Of a DNA stretch of 64,000 bases, positions 34,971-44,935 are shown piece after piece (position 1 is the first letter of the stretch; the number at the start of each line of letters is the position of its first letter). Source of the stretch: Pseudomonadota bacterium. Lineage in GTDB: Bacteria > Myxococcota > JACRCW01 > JAFGSX01. The stretch is from positions 64,001 to 128,000 of the forward strand of contig JBDRCO010000111.1 in assembly GCA_043821645.1 (NCBI GenBank), read 5' to 3'. The notes below the pieces were generated by a model. The model had not been told where the DNA came from and searched no databases. It worked only from the letters and a program-made list of their open reading frames with translations. Position numbers and translations under genes: made by a program.

Positions 34971-36237
34971 GCCTTTTTCGGGTGCCGTGGTGATCGCGCT
35001 GGCCGCCATGGCCTGCAGCGGCCCGCCCTGTCGTGGTCACAATGACTGCGAGCAGGGCTCGTACTGCGACGTGGCCAGAGGCGCGCTCGAGGGTGCCTGC
35101 GCGCGCGACTGTGATGCCCTGTGGTCCTGTCCCGAGGGAACCTTCTGCACCAACCGCGGACAGTGCCAGCTGGAAAGCCGGGCTCCTGAGCTGATCGTCG
35201 AGGAACCCGCGGGTGCCATCGAAGGTGAACCCGGGCAGACCTTTCTGGTGCGTGGCCGCGTTCGCTTCCTGGGCGCCGAGGCCACGCTGCGCATCGAGCG
35301 CGAGGACCACGCCGGCTGCGACGCATTCCGGCCCTACTTGCTCCGCTTGCCGGGGGATCGCAGCAAGGTGATCGAGTTCCCCTTCGAGATCCCGGCGATC
35401 GCCCTGCCCGACGGCGGGGGCCTTCTTCGCGTGGAGGCTACGGTGGGTGACCGCCACGCCGTGGTCGAGCGCAGCCTGAACTCTGGCCTGCTGTGCCCGG
35501 ACTGCCCGCGGCTGGAGATCCTGCAGCCGGTGTCTGCCCAGCTCGAGGCGCGTTCGCTCTTTACCTGGGCCGCCGGGAGGGTGGACCGTGTGGAGCCCTC
35601 GGCCGCGACCTGGCATGTCCGCACCGACGATGGCCAGAGTCTGACCTTGCCCTTTGCCCAGGTTGGCGCCGAGCTCCTGTTGCCCCTGTTCCTGGGGCAC
35701 AACACCGTCGCTCTGGAGGCGAGCAACGCGGCTGGAACCCGTCGTTGCGAGCGCTGGGTCGACACCACCGCTCCGGCCACGGACAGACTTCAGGTGGTGC
35801 TGGGCTGGGACAGTCCCGAGGTGGATCTGGATCTGCACCTCATCCCGCCTGGGGGGCGCTACGGTCCGGAGGACTGCTCGGCCGCGGTGTCCCAGAGCAC
35901 TCGTTTTGCGGGTTGCCAGGTGGGTGCCGATGCGCGAGCTCATGGCCCCGAGTGGGCCCTGGTGCCTTCCAGCGGACCCTCGGGAACCTACGGCATCCTG
36001 GTGGTGGGTTTCGGTGGCGCTGGCGCGGCAGCCAGCGGTGCCTACGTCCGGGTGCTGTCCCACGGCACCCTGATTGCTGCGCTCGGCCCGCGCGACCTGA
36101 GTCCGGCGCGGGGAGAGATCTGGGTCGTCGGGACCGCGGCGGTCGGGGTGCACGGCGCGGCCGCGGCGTTCACGCCCGTCGACGAGATCCTTGGCTACGC
36201 GCCCAGCCATGCCCCCGAGGACTGGCCACCCTACTGA
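34954..36237 (+). CDS. Lipoprotein with Cys-rich N-terminus and C-terminal YfaP/DUF2135-like domain
   Basis: Lipobox AMAC; LQVVLGWDSPEVDLDLHL..D...HGPE..GTY.I.V motif; overlaps the upstream stop. Confidence 0.75.
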   Translation: MWSPARPFSGAVVIALAAMACSGPPCRGHNDCEQGSYCDVARGALEGACARDCDALWSCPEGTFCTNRGQCQLESRAPELIVEEPAGAIEGEPGQTFLVRGRVRFLGAEATLRIEREDHAGCDAFRPYLLRLPGDRSKVIEFPFEIPAIALPDGGGLLRVEATVGDRHAVVERSLNSGLLCPDCPRLEILQPVSAQLEARSLFTWAAGRVDRVEPSAATWHVRTDDGQSLTLPFAQVGAELLLPLFLGHNTVALEASNAAGTRRCERWVDTTAPATDRLQVVLGWDSPEVDLDLHLIPPGGRYGPEDCSAAVSQSTRFAGCQVGADARAHGPEWALVPSSGPSGTYGILVVGFGGAGAAASGAYVRVLSHGTLIAALGPRDLSPARGEIWVVGTAAVGVHGAAAAFTPVDEILGYAPSHAPEDWPPY

Positions 36238-36273
36238 CCCCTCGCAGCTTCGTGTGTCGGTATCCTCAACGCA

Positions 36274-36888
36274 TCAGGGTCGGCGAACCCCTCGCTGAAA
36301 CTCGGCGAACAGAGCGTGGGGTGGTGGCCTCGTCGTGCCCTGGTAGACCGTGCGCTCGACGCTCGCCGTGTCGAGATGGGAGGCAAAGGCCTCGCGCAGT
36401 TCTGTCGGAGACAGGCGGTAGGGGCCCGTCGTGCCGGGTTGTTTTTCGCTGAAGCACTTGAGCAGAAGCACCCCTGCAGGTGCCAGGATGCGCGCCATGG
36501 TGTCGACGTAGTGGGATCGGCGACCCGGCGGCAGCACGTGAAAGCAGCCGCGATCCACCACCAGGTCAAAGGGCCCGGTGAGCTGACTGTGCAGGATATC
36601 GTCGACGACACCGTGCAGCGTCAACCCCTGCTCGGACGCCAGCCTCTCCGTGTGCAGGACCGCGGCCCCAGAGATGTCGCTGGCGGTGACCTCGAAGCCG
36701 TGGCGCACGAGGTGCAGGCTCTGGGTGCCCGGGCCACAACCCAGATCGAGGGCATGGCCCGAGGCGAGCGCGCGCCGCCCCAGCGCGGCTTCGACGTCGG
36801 GATCCAGCGCCTCGTAGTACCAGGGAAGCTGCTGCACCTTGCCGTCGGCGTACAGCGCGTCCCAGCCATCCTGCGCTCTGTCGTGCAC
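36274..36888 (-). CDS. Class I SAM-dependent methyltransferase (TPMT/TehB-like)
   Basis: ALDLGCGPG, DISGAA, FDLVVDRGCFH. Confidence 0.9.
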   Translation of the reverse strand: MHDRAQDGWDALYADGKVQQLPWYYEALDPDVEAALGRRALASGHALDLGCGPGTQSLHLVRHGFEVTASDISGAAVLHTERLASEQGLTLHGVVDDILHSQLTGPFDLVVDRGCFHVLPPGRRSHYVDTMARILAPAGVLLLKCFSEKQPGTTGPYRLSPTELREAFASHLDTASVERTVYQGTTRPPPHALFAEFQRGVRRP

Positions 36889-36917
36889 CTGTCAGCTCCA
36901 ACGCAGTTCGGGAGGCA

Positions 36918-39900
36918 TCATATCGCCCTGCGCCGTCGCCAGGCCACGAGGAGCAGCACACCCATCCACGCGGTCGACGGGGTGCCTCCCCGGCACACGC
37001 ACCCCCCTCCACCGACCACCAGGTCATCCCGCCCATTGTCCGCCCTGGTCACGGCGTCGTTCCGGCCGGCGTCCGCCTGCACCACGCCGCTGTCGATGCC
37101 ACTGTCGACGCTACCGTCCGGCAGGGTGGCAGCATCGATCGCTGTGGTGTCCGTGCCTGTGCTGTCCAGTCCGGCGAGGTCAGACAGCTCGACGTCAGTA
37201 CCCACCACGTCCAGGAAGCCCGCGTCCAGCCCAGCGCTGTCCTGGGGATTCGCGTCGGACGCGGTCAAGGTGTCGCCGGCCGCGGCATCCTGTAGCGGCA
37301 GGGCATCCGCCGCCGTGGTGTCCCCGGTCAGCGCGTCCTGAGCTGATGCGTCGGCAAGACCGCCGCCATCCTGGAGCGCGCCTGTGTCGCCGGTCGCGGC
37401 ATCCACAGGAAGCGCCCCGTCCGCCACCGCCGAGTCGCCAGGCGGTACGTCCGAGGTGGTCGCGTCCATGCTGGACCCGATGTCAGCGCCGGACGCCGCG
37501 TCGCTGGAGCCTCCGGTATCGGTCGCAGTGGCATCGTTCGCAACGCCGGCATCGTCGAACATCGGATCGCAGGGGTCGCCCAGACCATCCGCATCGCCGT
37601 CGCGCTGGTCGATGTTCAGATCGTCCGGGCAATTGTCGATGCTGTCCGGGACCGTGTCGCCGTCCCGATCTGGTCGGCACACGAGCTGCTGCCCCGGGTT
37701 GCCCAGGGGCGGGCAGTTGTCCGCGCTGTCCACGACGCCATCCTCGTCATCGTCGTCATCGCAGGCGTCCCCCTCCGCGTCGCTGTCGTGGTTGGCCTGA
37801 CCGTGGTTCGCCACACCGGGGCAGTTGTCCCGCTCGTCCGCCACACCGTCTCCGTCAGCGTCGGCGTCGCACGCATCCCCGATGCCGTCGCCGTCCAGGT
37901 CGCCCTGCGCCGGATCCGCGATGCCCGGGCAGAGGTCTGCGCCGTCGTCGAACCCGTCGCCGTCGCTGTCGACGTCGAGGTCACAGGCGTCGCCCACACC
38001 ATCGTTGTCGCCGTCGGCCTGCAAGGGATCCGCGACCCGGGGGCACAGGTCAAGAAGATCGTTCACGCCGTCGCCGTCGCGATCTGGATCACACACGTCC
38101 CCCACGCCATTTCCGTCCTGGTCCCCTTGCTCGGCGTTGGGGGACCCGGGACAGTTGTCGTCCAGGTCCACCACGCCGTCGTTATCGTCGTCCAGGTCGC
38201 AGACATCTCCGGCGCGATCGGCATCGCCGTTCTCCTGCCCGGGGTTGGGGATGAGCCAGCAATTATCCAGGCGGTTGACGATGCCGTCCGCGTCCTCATC
38301 CAGGTCGCCTTCGTCGGCCACGAAGATGACGGTGGAGACATCGGCAAAGGGCACGCCATCGACGTCGTAGGACAAGGTCGCTGTCCCTGGAGCGCTGCCG
38401 GAGGTGAGAGACGCGGTGTAGCGACCGTCACCCAGGTCAAGAACGGAGCCCAGGGCTCCTGCGGTGCTGTGCAGCGTGACGGTGGCGCCGGCCACGCCGT
38501 TGCCCGAGGCGTCGCGCAGGGTCACGGTGACCGTGGTCTGGCTGATCCCATCCGCCAGCAGGCGGCTGTCGGCTACCACGATGTCCGAGTTGTCGTCGAG
38601 GGCTTCCCCACTGACCAGGGTCACCTCGGCCGTGGCTGGGAATGGCTGCGCGTCCACCGAGAAGCTCAGGGTGGCCGTGCCGGGGGTGGTTCCCGCTGTC
38701 AAGGTGGCCTCGTACACGCCAGGGCTGGTCTCCACGGTGCTGCTCGCGCTGCCCAAGCTGGTGGCGATGCGCACCGCACGCCCTGGCACAGGGTTGCCAT
38801 TGGCGTCCTGGGTACGCACGGTCACCGTGGACTCTTCCAGCCCGTCGGCGACCAGCACACTGGGCGTCGCGGCGATGGTCGTGGTCGAGGGATCCACTGC
38901 ACCGGCAACGAAGGCCACCGTGGCCGTGGCGTCGGCCGTGAGGCCGTCGATGGTGAAGGACAGCAGGGCCGTGGAAACGGTGTCCGGGGCGCGCAGGGTC
39001 TGGGTGTAGCTGCCATTACCCACGTCCACCACGGCCCCTTCCAGCGAGCCGGTGGTGGTGGCGATGACAACAGCGTGTCCTGCCAAAGCGTGATTGAAGT
39101 CGTCGCGAACCACCACGGTGACGAGGGTAGACTGACCGGAGTCCGCCACCAGGCTGGGGTCCGCCACTGCGATGGTGGAGGCGGCAGCCGAGCTCGGTCC
39201 GGGCAGCAGAACGATGGTGGTCTGCACGAAGCTCGACAGACCGTTCACGCTGACGTCGAGCGTGGCCCCACCAAGCACGATGCCCGCGGTGTAGGTAGCC
39301 GTGTAGGTCCCATTGCCGAGGTCGGCGACCGCGGCGACCGAGCCTTCGCTGGTGGTGACGACCGCTGTGGCCCCGGCCACCGGATTGTCGTTCGCATCCC
39401 GGAGCGTCACGGTGACGGTGGAGGTGGAACTGCCGTCCGCGGTCAGCGTGGCAGGAAGCACCGTCGCGACCGAGTGCCCCGAATCAGGAGGTCCCGCAAG
39501 GAGCACGATGCTGGCGCCATCGCTCAGGGCGGTCCCGTCAGCGACACACTGGACCACGATGGGAGTGGCCAGGGTATCGACCTGCAGGTCTTGTTCGTAG
39601 TGCCCCGGCGTGACCTCGACCATGGTCGCTTGCCAGGTCCCCCGGCCAGCGCTGCTGCAGCTCACGCTGGCGCTGGTCACGGGATGTCCGTAACCATCGC
39701 CGAGGGTCACCGCGATCGTCGTCAGGCTCGCACCATCGGCGACCAGGCTCGCCGGGCTGGCCTCGACCAGGGAGGCCGCGTCCGCGACCGGACCCGCGAC
39801 AAAGGCGACCGTGGCGGTGCTGGTGAAGGTGACGCTGGAGGACACCACCGAGAAGCCCAGCACGGCGCTGACCAGGCTTGTCGACGAGGTCAGGGTGATG

Positions 39901-42900
39901 CTGTAGCTGCCGTCGCTGTTGTCCGTGGCGACGCCACCTGGATTGCCCAGGGTGCCCTGGGAGCTGGTGACCACCACCGTGTGTCCGGGGGCGGGATTCC
40001 CCTGCGTGTCCACCAGGAACACCGTGACTGCAGAGACCTCACTGCCCGAGGCGATCAGCGTCGCGGGTGCCGCGCTGATGGTGGATCCCGCATCCACCGG
40101 TGCACCTGCCACGAAGCTCACTGCGGCCTGGTCCGAATACGCTGCCCCGTCGACCGTGAAGCTCAGCTGAGCCAGGGCCACGCTGGTCGAGGACTGAAGC
40201 AGCAGGGTGTAGACGCCATTGCCGAGGTCACTGGCTGCGCCGTTCGCAGGAACCAGGGTCCCGGCGTTCGTGGATACCACCACCGCGTGGCCTGGTTGTC
40301 GCGTGCCGTACTGGTCCTCGAGAATCACGGTCACCATCGACGTCGAAGCTCCATCTGCGACCAGGATGACCGGCGACGCAGCTATTGTGGAATAAGCATC
40401 CAGCGGTCCCGAGCTGACAACCTGGACATCGACGGAGTCCGCGGCTGCTGGACCGTTGATCGAGAAGCCGACGCGACAGCTCTCGACCGTGTTGCCGGCG
40501 TTGAGGGCGCGCGTGTAGCGGCCGTCGCCGAGGTCCTGAACGCCGGAGGCGGCAAAGGCGCAGCTCCCGGCCAGGAGGGTCATCGCCACGGTCTGGCCCG
40601 GTATGGGATTGTCATGGGCATCGACCACGCGCACCGTGATCAGTGCGCTCCCGGTGCCGATGAAGATCACCGATGGCGCGGCGGCGATGGTCGAACGAGC
40701 GAGATCCACAGTGCCTGGCACGAAGCGCACCACCGTCGTGGGGTAGCCTGTTCCGCCGTCGACCGTGAACGACACTGTGGCGTCCTGGCTCAGGATCACG
40801 CTGCTAAGCACGACCTGGTAGCGACCATCTCCAAGGTCGCTGACGGTGCCCAGGTTGCCGGCGCTGGTCGAGAACACGACGGTCCGGCCGGGTACGCCAT
40901 TGTCGTAGCTGTCGCGCACCGTGGCCGTGAGCACACTGGTGCTGGCTCCGTCCGCGGTGATGGTCGAGGGCAGGGCGGCGATGCTGGAGCGCGAGCTGTC
41001 CGGTGCGGCTGGCGCGAACACCACGCTGGCCAGGTCGCTGAAATCCACACCGTTGACCCTGAAACTCAGGCTCGCGGTGCCGGCGCTCTGGGAGGCGACG
41101 AGGATCTGCGTGTAATCCCCGGTGCCCAGGTCCTGCACGCTGCCAATGAGGACACCCAGGCTGCTGAGGATCTCCACCGCCTGGCCCGGCACCGGATTGC
41201 CCAGGCCGTCGACCAGCCGCACGCGAAGCAAGGACTGGCCTGTCCCCACGACGATGGTTGTGGGGCTGGCTGTCAGGCTGCTGGCCGCGTCGTCTGCGGG
41301 CCCGGCCACGAAGTCCACGCTGGCGCTCGGTCCGGCAAGTGCGTGCCCGTTGACCACCGTCGTGACCAGGGCGTTGCCCGTGGTCGTGGTGCTCTGCAGG
41401 TCCTGCGTGTACACGCCGTTGCCTTGCTCGACCACCGAACCCAGCAAGGTTCCCGCAGTCGTCTGCAGCACGACGGATTGCCCGGCCACGCGGTTGCCAA
41501 AGCCGTCCTCGAGGATCACGGTCAGGGTGCTGGTGGTGCTGCCGTTGGCGACCACACTCGAGGGGACGGCGGAGATCTGGCTGGCCGCCGGGGACACGCT
41601 GGTCACTCGCAACACCGTGGGATCGTCGTCGGCGAGAGTTGCGGGATCGTCCGACAGCTCGATGCCGTCCAGGGAGCCGTCGCCGTCGCTGTCGTACTGC
41701 AAGGTGGCCTGGTTGCCGACGAGGCTGGCGTTGGGGATGGCCGTGGCCAGCTGGACCCTGAAGCGCAGAGTCACGCCGGTGCTGGTGGTCAGGTCACCAT
41801 TCCACTCGATGCGATGGAGGCTGCTGTTGAAGCCGATGGCTCCGGCCGAGGCACTGGCGGAACCGGCGACGTAGCTGGTGTAGGTCGGGATGGCGTCGAC
41901 CAGCTCGGGAAAGCCAGCGCGATCGAGGATGTCACGGGTGCCCCCGTTGCTCAGGATCAGCTCGTACTGCAGCGTGTCACCGGGCTCCAGCAGGCCCGGG
42001 CTCTGGTCCTGGGCGGTCTTGGTCACCTCGGGCAGCGCGATGTCGCGGGGAATCGTGATCTCGGCACCCGGCTCGATCGCGAACCAGGACGCGAATTCCT
42101 GCAGGCCCGTGCGCTCCGCGTCGCCGACCTGGTCCTCGTCCAGGTGCACCCACACCTGATCCTGCGTCAGATCCGAACCCGCGGTGGCGTTCGGGAAGCA
42201 GCGGCGGATCCATGCTCCGTTGGTGCCCTGCATCGAGTTGTGCGACACCGCGGCGTGCGGGGTTCCCCCGAAACCGAACACCACGGGAGCCACCGGCAGG
42301 GCAAAGCAGCCGTCCTGGTGGCGGTCGACGTAGAAGTTGGCGCTGCGCCCTGCATCGAGCGCCCGGTTGTTGCCGAGGCTATCGACCAGAACCGCCGTGC
42401 CGCGGTCGATGGCGATCCAGCCTATAGTCTCGGCGACGCTGGCGCCTGGGCTCGGGTGCTGGGCCACGACCTCGGCTCCCTCGAGGGCCAGGCGGAAGCT
42501 GGTGGTGGTCGGCGGCTGGGCGGTGGTGGAGCCATAGGCCGTGGTCGCGATCCACTGCGGGTGGTTCTGGGTCTGAAGTCCATGCAGCAGGGCGGGCTCG
42601 GCAGCGAAGGCCTGGCTGAAGAAGATGAAATCTCCTGCGGAGCCGGACCCCCCGGCAACGTTGGAACGGACAGTGGTCGTGGAGTGCCGTCCCACCTCTG
42701 CAGCGAGTCCGCCCAGGATGTAGCGTCCGGGTTCGATGGCGAGCCAGGTCGCTGTCAAGGCCGGGGTGAGCGCGGACACCAGGCCTTCGGGCCTCAGCAC
42801 ACCGATCTCGAAACCTGTGGTGGTGATGTTGCGAAGTCGCACCGACACCGAGAACTCGCCGGCCTGGCTGGCGAAGCTGCCGTGGCTGACCGGTCCTGGA

Positions 42901-43118
42901 ATGACGACGGGGAGGTTGCCGTAGGCTGATGCAAAACTCACGGCCACCCAGCCCGTGGAATCGAGGACATCCGTGCCGCTCACCGTGCTGGTAAAACTCG
43001 CCGCGCCGGACTCGAGATGGCTGTCGACACCAGACTGGGCCCTCGCCCCCGGGGTCAGTGCGGCCAGCGAGAACAGGATGGGATAGATGGTCGACAAGGG
43101 GCGCAGAGAATTAGGCAT
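36918..43118 (-). CDS. Giant surface adhesin: N-terminal lectin-like region, DUF11, 11 invasin/Big-1 Ig repeats, thrombospondin type-3 repeats, MYXO-CTERM-type anchor
   Basis: Signal peptide; PGDTLQYELILSN (DUF11); 11 repeats of S...A.P....ADG.....TV..D..GN.V.G; DxDxDGxxDxxDNCP repeats; tail GGGGCVCRGG..WMGVLLLVAWRRRR; GGAGG SD. Confidence 0.92.
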   Translation of the reverse strand: MPNSLRPLSTIYPILFSLAALTPGARAQSGVDSHLESGAASFTSTVSGTDVLDSTGWVAVSFASAYGNLPVVIPGPVSHGSFASQAGEFSVSVRLRNITTTGFEIGVLRPEGLVSALTPALTATWLAIEPGRYILGGLAAEVGRHSTTTVRSNVAGGSGSAGDFIFFSQAFAAEPALLHGLQTQNHPQWIATTAYGSTTAQPPTTTSFRLALEGAEVVAQHPSPGASVAETIGWIAIDRGTAVLVDSLGNNRALDAGRSANFYVDRHQDGCFALPVAPVVFGFGGTPHAAVSHNSMQGTNGAWIRRCFPNATAGSDLTQDQVWVHLDEDQVGDAERTGLQEFASWFAIEPGAEITIPRDIALPEVTKTAQDQSPGLLEPGDTLQYELILSNGGTRDILDRAGFPELVDAIPTYTSYVAGSASASAGAIGFNSSLHRIEWNGDLTTSTGVTLRFRVQLATAIPNASLVGNQATLQYDSDGDGSLDGIELSDDPATLADDDPTVLRVTSVSPAASQISAVPSSVVANGSTTSTLTVILEDGFGNRVAGQSVVLQTTAGTLLGSVVEQGNGVYTQDLQSTTTTGNALVTTVVNGHALAGPSASVDFVAGPADDAASSLTASPTTIVVGTGQSLLRVRLVDGLGNPVPGQAVEILSSLGVLIGSVQDLGTGDYTQILVASQSAGTASLSFRVNGVDFSDLASVVFAPAAPDSSRSSIAALPSTITADGASTSVLTATVRDSYDNGVPGRTVVFSTSAGNLGTVSDLGDGRYQVVLSSVILSQDATVSFTVDGGTGYPTTVVRFVPGTVDLARSTIAAAPSVIFIGTGSALITVRVVDAHDNPIPGQTVAMTLLAGSCAFAASGVQDLGDGRYTRALNAGNTVESCRVGFSINGPAAADSVDVQVVSSGPLDAYSTIAASPVILVADGASTSMVTVILEDQYGTRQPGHAVVVSTNAGTLVPANGAASDLGNGVYTLLLQSSTSVALAQLSFTVDGAAYSDQAAVSFVAGAPVDAGSTISAAPATLIASGSEVSAVTVFLVDTQGNPAPGHTVVVTSSQGTLGNPGGVATDNSDGSYSITLTSSTSLVSAVLGFSVVSSSVTFTSTATVAFVAGPVADAASLVEASPASLVADGASLTTIAVTLGDGYGHPVTSASVSCSSAGRGTWQATMVEVTPGHYEQDLQVDTLATPIVVQCVADGTALSDGASIVLLAGPPDSGHSVATVLPATLTADGSSTSTVTVTLRDANDNPVAGATAVVTTSEGSVAAVADLGNGTYTATYTAGIVLGGATLDVSVNGLSSFVQTTIVLLPGPSSAAASTIAVADPSLVADSGQSTLVTVVVRDDFNHALAGHAVVIATTTGSLEGAVVDVGNGSYTQTLRAPDTVSTALLSFTIDGLTADATATVAFVAGAVDPSTTTIAATPSVLVADGLEESTVTVRTQDANGNPVPGRAVRIATSLGSASSTVETSPGVYEATLTAGTTPGTATLSFSVDAQPFPATAEVTLVSGEALDDNSDIVVADSRLLADGISQTTVTVTLRDASGNGVAGATVTLHSTAGALGSVLDLGDGRYTASLTSGSAPGTATLSYDVDGVPFADVSTVIFVADEGDLDEDADGIVNRLDNCWLIPNPGQENGDADRAGDVCDLDDDNDGVVDLDDNCPGSPNAEQGDQDGNGVGDVCDPDRDGDGVNDLLDLCPRVADPLQADGDNDGVGDACDLDVDSDGDGFDDGADLCPGIADPAQGDLDGDGIGDACDADADGDGVADERDNCPGVANHGQANHDSDAEGDACDDDDDEDGVVDSADNCPPLGNPGQQLVCRPDRDGDTVPDSIDNCPDDLNIDQRDGDADGLGDPCDPMFDDAGVANDATATDTGGSSDAASGADIGSSMDATTSDVPPGDSAVADGALPVDAATGDTGALQDGGGLADASAQDALTGDTTAADALPLQDAAAGDTLTASDANPQDSAGLDAGFLDVVGTDVELSDLAGLDSTGTDTTAIDAATLPDGSVDSGIDSGVVQADAGRNDAVTRADNGRDDLVVGGGGCVCRGGTPSTAWMGVLLLVAWRRRRAI

Positions 43119-43182
43119 GAGCGAGCCTCCGCATGCAGATACCGAATATCAAGTGCTTCGGTGCGATGTACCGATGGCGCCG

Positions 43183-43210
43183 AGTATACGCAGCCCTCGC
43201 CGCGCATCAA
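43183..43210 (-). promoter_or_regulatory. Putative sigma70 promoter of the adhesin
   Basis: Minus strand TTGATG, 16 nt spacer, TATACT, about 65 nt upstream of the ATG. Confidence 0.5.
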
Positions 43211-43244
43211 GCAGCGGTGGTCTCGCGATGGGTGGAAGGCGGGA

Positions 43245-43544
43245 TCAGCTCGCGCCGAGCAGCAGGGTCGTTGCCGTGGCCACATCCACACCCGTGACAT
43301 TCACCAGCTTGCGGCGACCGCTCGAGCCGGCGCTCACCCGGACATGTCGTCGCGGCACCTCAAGCAGCGCAGCGATGAGAGCGATCACCGCTTCGTTGGC
43401 CTGATTGTCGACGGGGGGTGCTGCGATCTGGACCTTGATGGCCTCACCATGCATCCCGACCACGCGGCTGCGCGAGGCCCGGGGCTGCACGTGAAGCTGC
43501 AGACAGACACCATCCTGGGTTGCGCTGATGGGGTGGCCAGGCAT
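43245..43544 (-). CDS. yggU: DUF167 / YggU family protein
   Basis: HVQPRASRS, IAAPPVDNQAN, GSSGRRK; follows divIVA. Confidence 0.9.
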   Translation of the reverse strand: MPGHPISATQDGVCLQLHVQPRASRSRVVGMHGEAIKVQIAAPPVDNQANEAVIALIAALLEVPRRHVRVSAGSSGRRKLVNVTGVDVATATTLLLGAS

Positions 43545-44107
43545 CAGGACGAGTGGGCGGTTCGCTCCAGTTCCTCGTCGTCATCGGCAGGGCGAACGGG
43601 GTGGGGCTCCGGGCGTCGCAACACGCTCAGGTTCTCTTCGATGCGGCGCACCTCGGTCGGGTCCTCGTGCTCCATCTCCAGCAACTTGCGATGGGTCTCG
43701 AGCAAACCCTTGAGCCGCTCGCGGAACATGGTGCGCTGGCGCTTGACCTCGGCGATGTCCTCGAGCAGGTCGGTCAGCCGGGTCTGGGCCGCCGACACGA
43801 CGCGCTCGGCCTCCATCTCGGCACGGGCGATCACCACGTCGGCTTCCTTCTGGGCGCTGGCCTTGATGTCCTCGGTGATCTTCTGCGCCGTGATCATCGT
43901 CTCCTTCAGCGCCTGTTCGCGATCGCGGAAGTCATCGATGAGGTTGCGCTGCCGCCGGCTATCCTCCTCGAGGTCGTGAATGCGGCGGTTGAGGTTCTCG
44001 ACCTCCGAGGCGACCAGGTTGAGGAAGGCGTCCACTTCCCCCCGGTCGAGGCCGCGCCACACGGTGCGAAAGCGCTGCTGCTGGATGTCCAGTGGCGTGA
44101 TTTTCAT
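43544..44107 (-). CDS. divIVA: DivIVA-domain protein
   Basis: MKITPLDIQQQRF...RGLDRGEVDAFL plus coiled coil; GGGAG SD. Confidence 0.93.
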   Translation of the reverse strand: MKITPLDIQQQRFRTVWRGLDRGEVDAFLNLVASEVENLNRRIHDLEEDSRRQRNLIDDFRDREQALKETMITAQKITEDIKASAQKEADVVIARAEMEAERVVSAAQTRLTDLLEDIAEVKRQRTMFRERLKGLLETHRKLLEMEHEDPTEVRRIEENLSVLRRPEPHPVRPADDDEELERTAHSS

Positions 44108-44251
44108 GGTGTTCTCCCTCTCGCGGCGGGGCCCGCTGGCTCCGATGGTACCAGAGGCTCCCACCCCATCGCCAATTTCCGACCGCCAGCGCCGACCACC
44201 CACACAAACGCGGAGCGTGAACGAGCTGTCAAGCGCTGGCCTGAGCGGGCT

Positions 44252-44935
44252 TCAGCCCCGGGTGCCGAAGATGGCCGTGCCCACGCGCACCATGGTCGCA
44301 CCCTCGAGGATGGCCTGCTCGAAGTCCTCGCTCATGCCCATCGAAAGCTCGTGGCTGCTGTCGAGCGCACCCTCACCGGCAAGGCTTTGGCCAAGCTCGC
44401 GCAGCGCCGCGAAGTAGGCTGTGGTCTTCGACAGGGGGAGATCGAAGGGAGGCATGCACATCAGCCCGCGGGGCGGGAGCCCGAGCGTCCGCAGCGCGTG
44501 CACGAGTTCTGCCGCAGCCTCCGGATCGACACCTGACTTCTGGGGCTCGCGGGCGATGTTGACCTCGACGAGGACGCGCGGTGTGCGGTCCGCACGGTCG
44601 CACCTGTCCTTGAGTTCGCGGGCGATGCTCAGGCGGTCGATGGTGTGCACCCAGTCCGCATGAGCGGCCACATAGCGTACCTTGTTGGACTGGATGGGAC
44701 CGATGAAGTGCCACTCGGGGGGCCGCTCCACCAGCGCCGCGGCCTTGTCGCGCAGTTCCTGGCCGTAATTCTCGCCGATGTCACGCTGGCCGGCCTTCAG
44801 CACCTCGCGCACCTTGTCGATGGACTGCTTCTTGGCCACCGCGACCAGGCGCACGGCGTCCACGGGCCGGCCAGCCCGTTCGCAGGCCGAGGCGATCCGC
44901 TCGCGGATAGCGGCCAGGTTCTCGGCCACGCTCAT
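44252..44935 (-). CDS. yggS: PLP homeostasis protein YggS/PLPBP
   Basis: LVAVAK, GENYGQE, WHFIGPIQSNK, GLMCMPP, LSMGMSEDF, GATMVRVGTAIFG. Confidence 0.95.
   Translation of the reverse strand: MSVAENLAAIRERIASACERAGRPVDAVRLVAVAKKQSIDKVREVLKAGQRDIGENYGQELRDKAAALVERPPEWHFIGPIQSNKVRYVAAHADWVHTIDRLSIARELKDRCDRADRTPRVLVEVNIAREPQKSGVDPEAAAELVHALRTLGLPPRGLMCMPPFDLPLSKTTAYFAALRELGQSLAGEGALDSSHELSMGMSEDFEQAILEGATMVRVGTAIFGTRG

Noticed and set aside
32127-35009. 960-aa minus-strand ORF (likewise 23469-25652, 6897-8585, 17773-19464)
   Set aside because: Shadow ORFs opposite well-supported genes.
37788-42929. 1713-aa plus-strand ORF
   Set aside because: Antisense shadow of the adhesin; high-GC codon bias suppresses stops on the opposite strand and the translation has no recognisable motifs.
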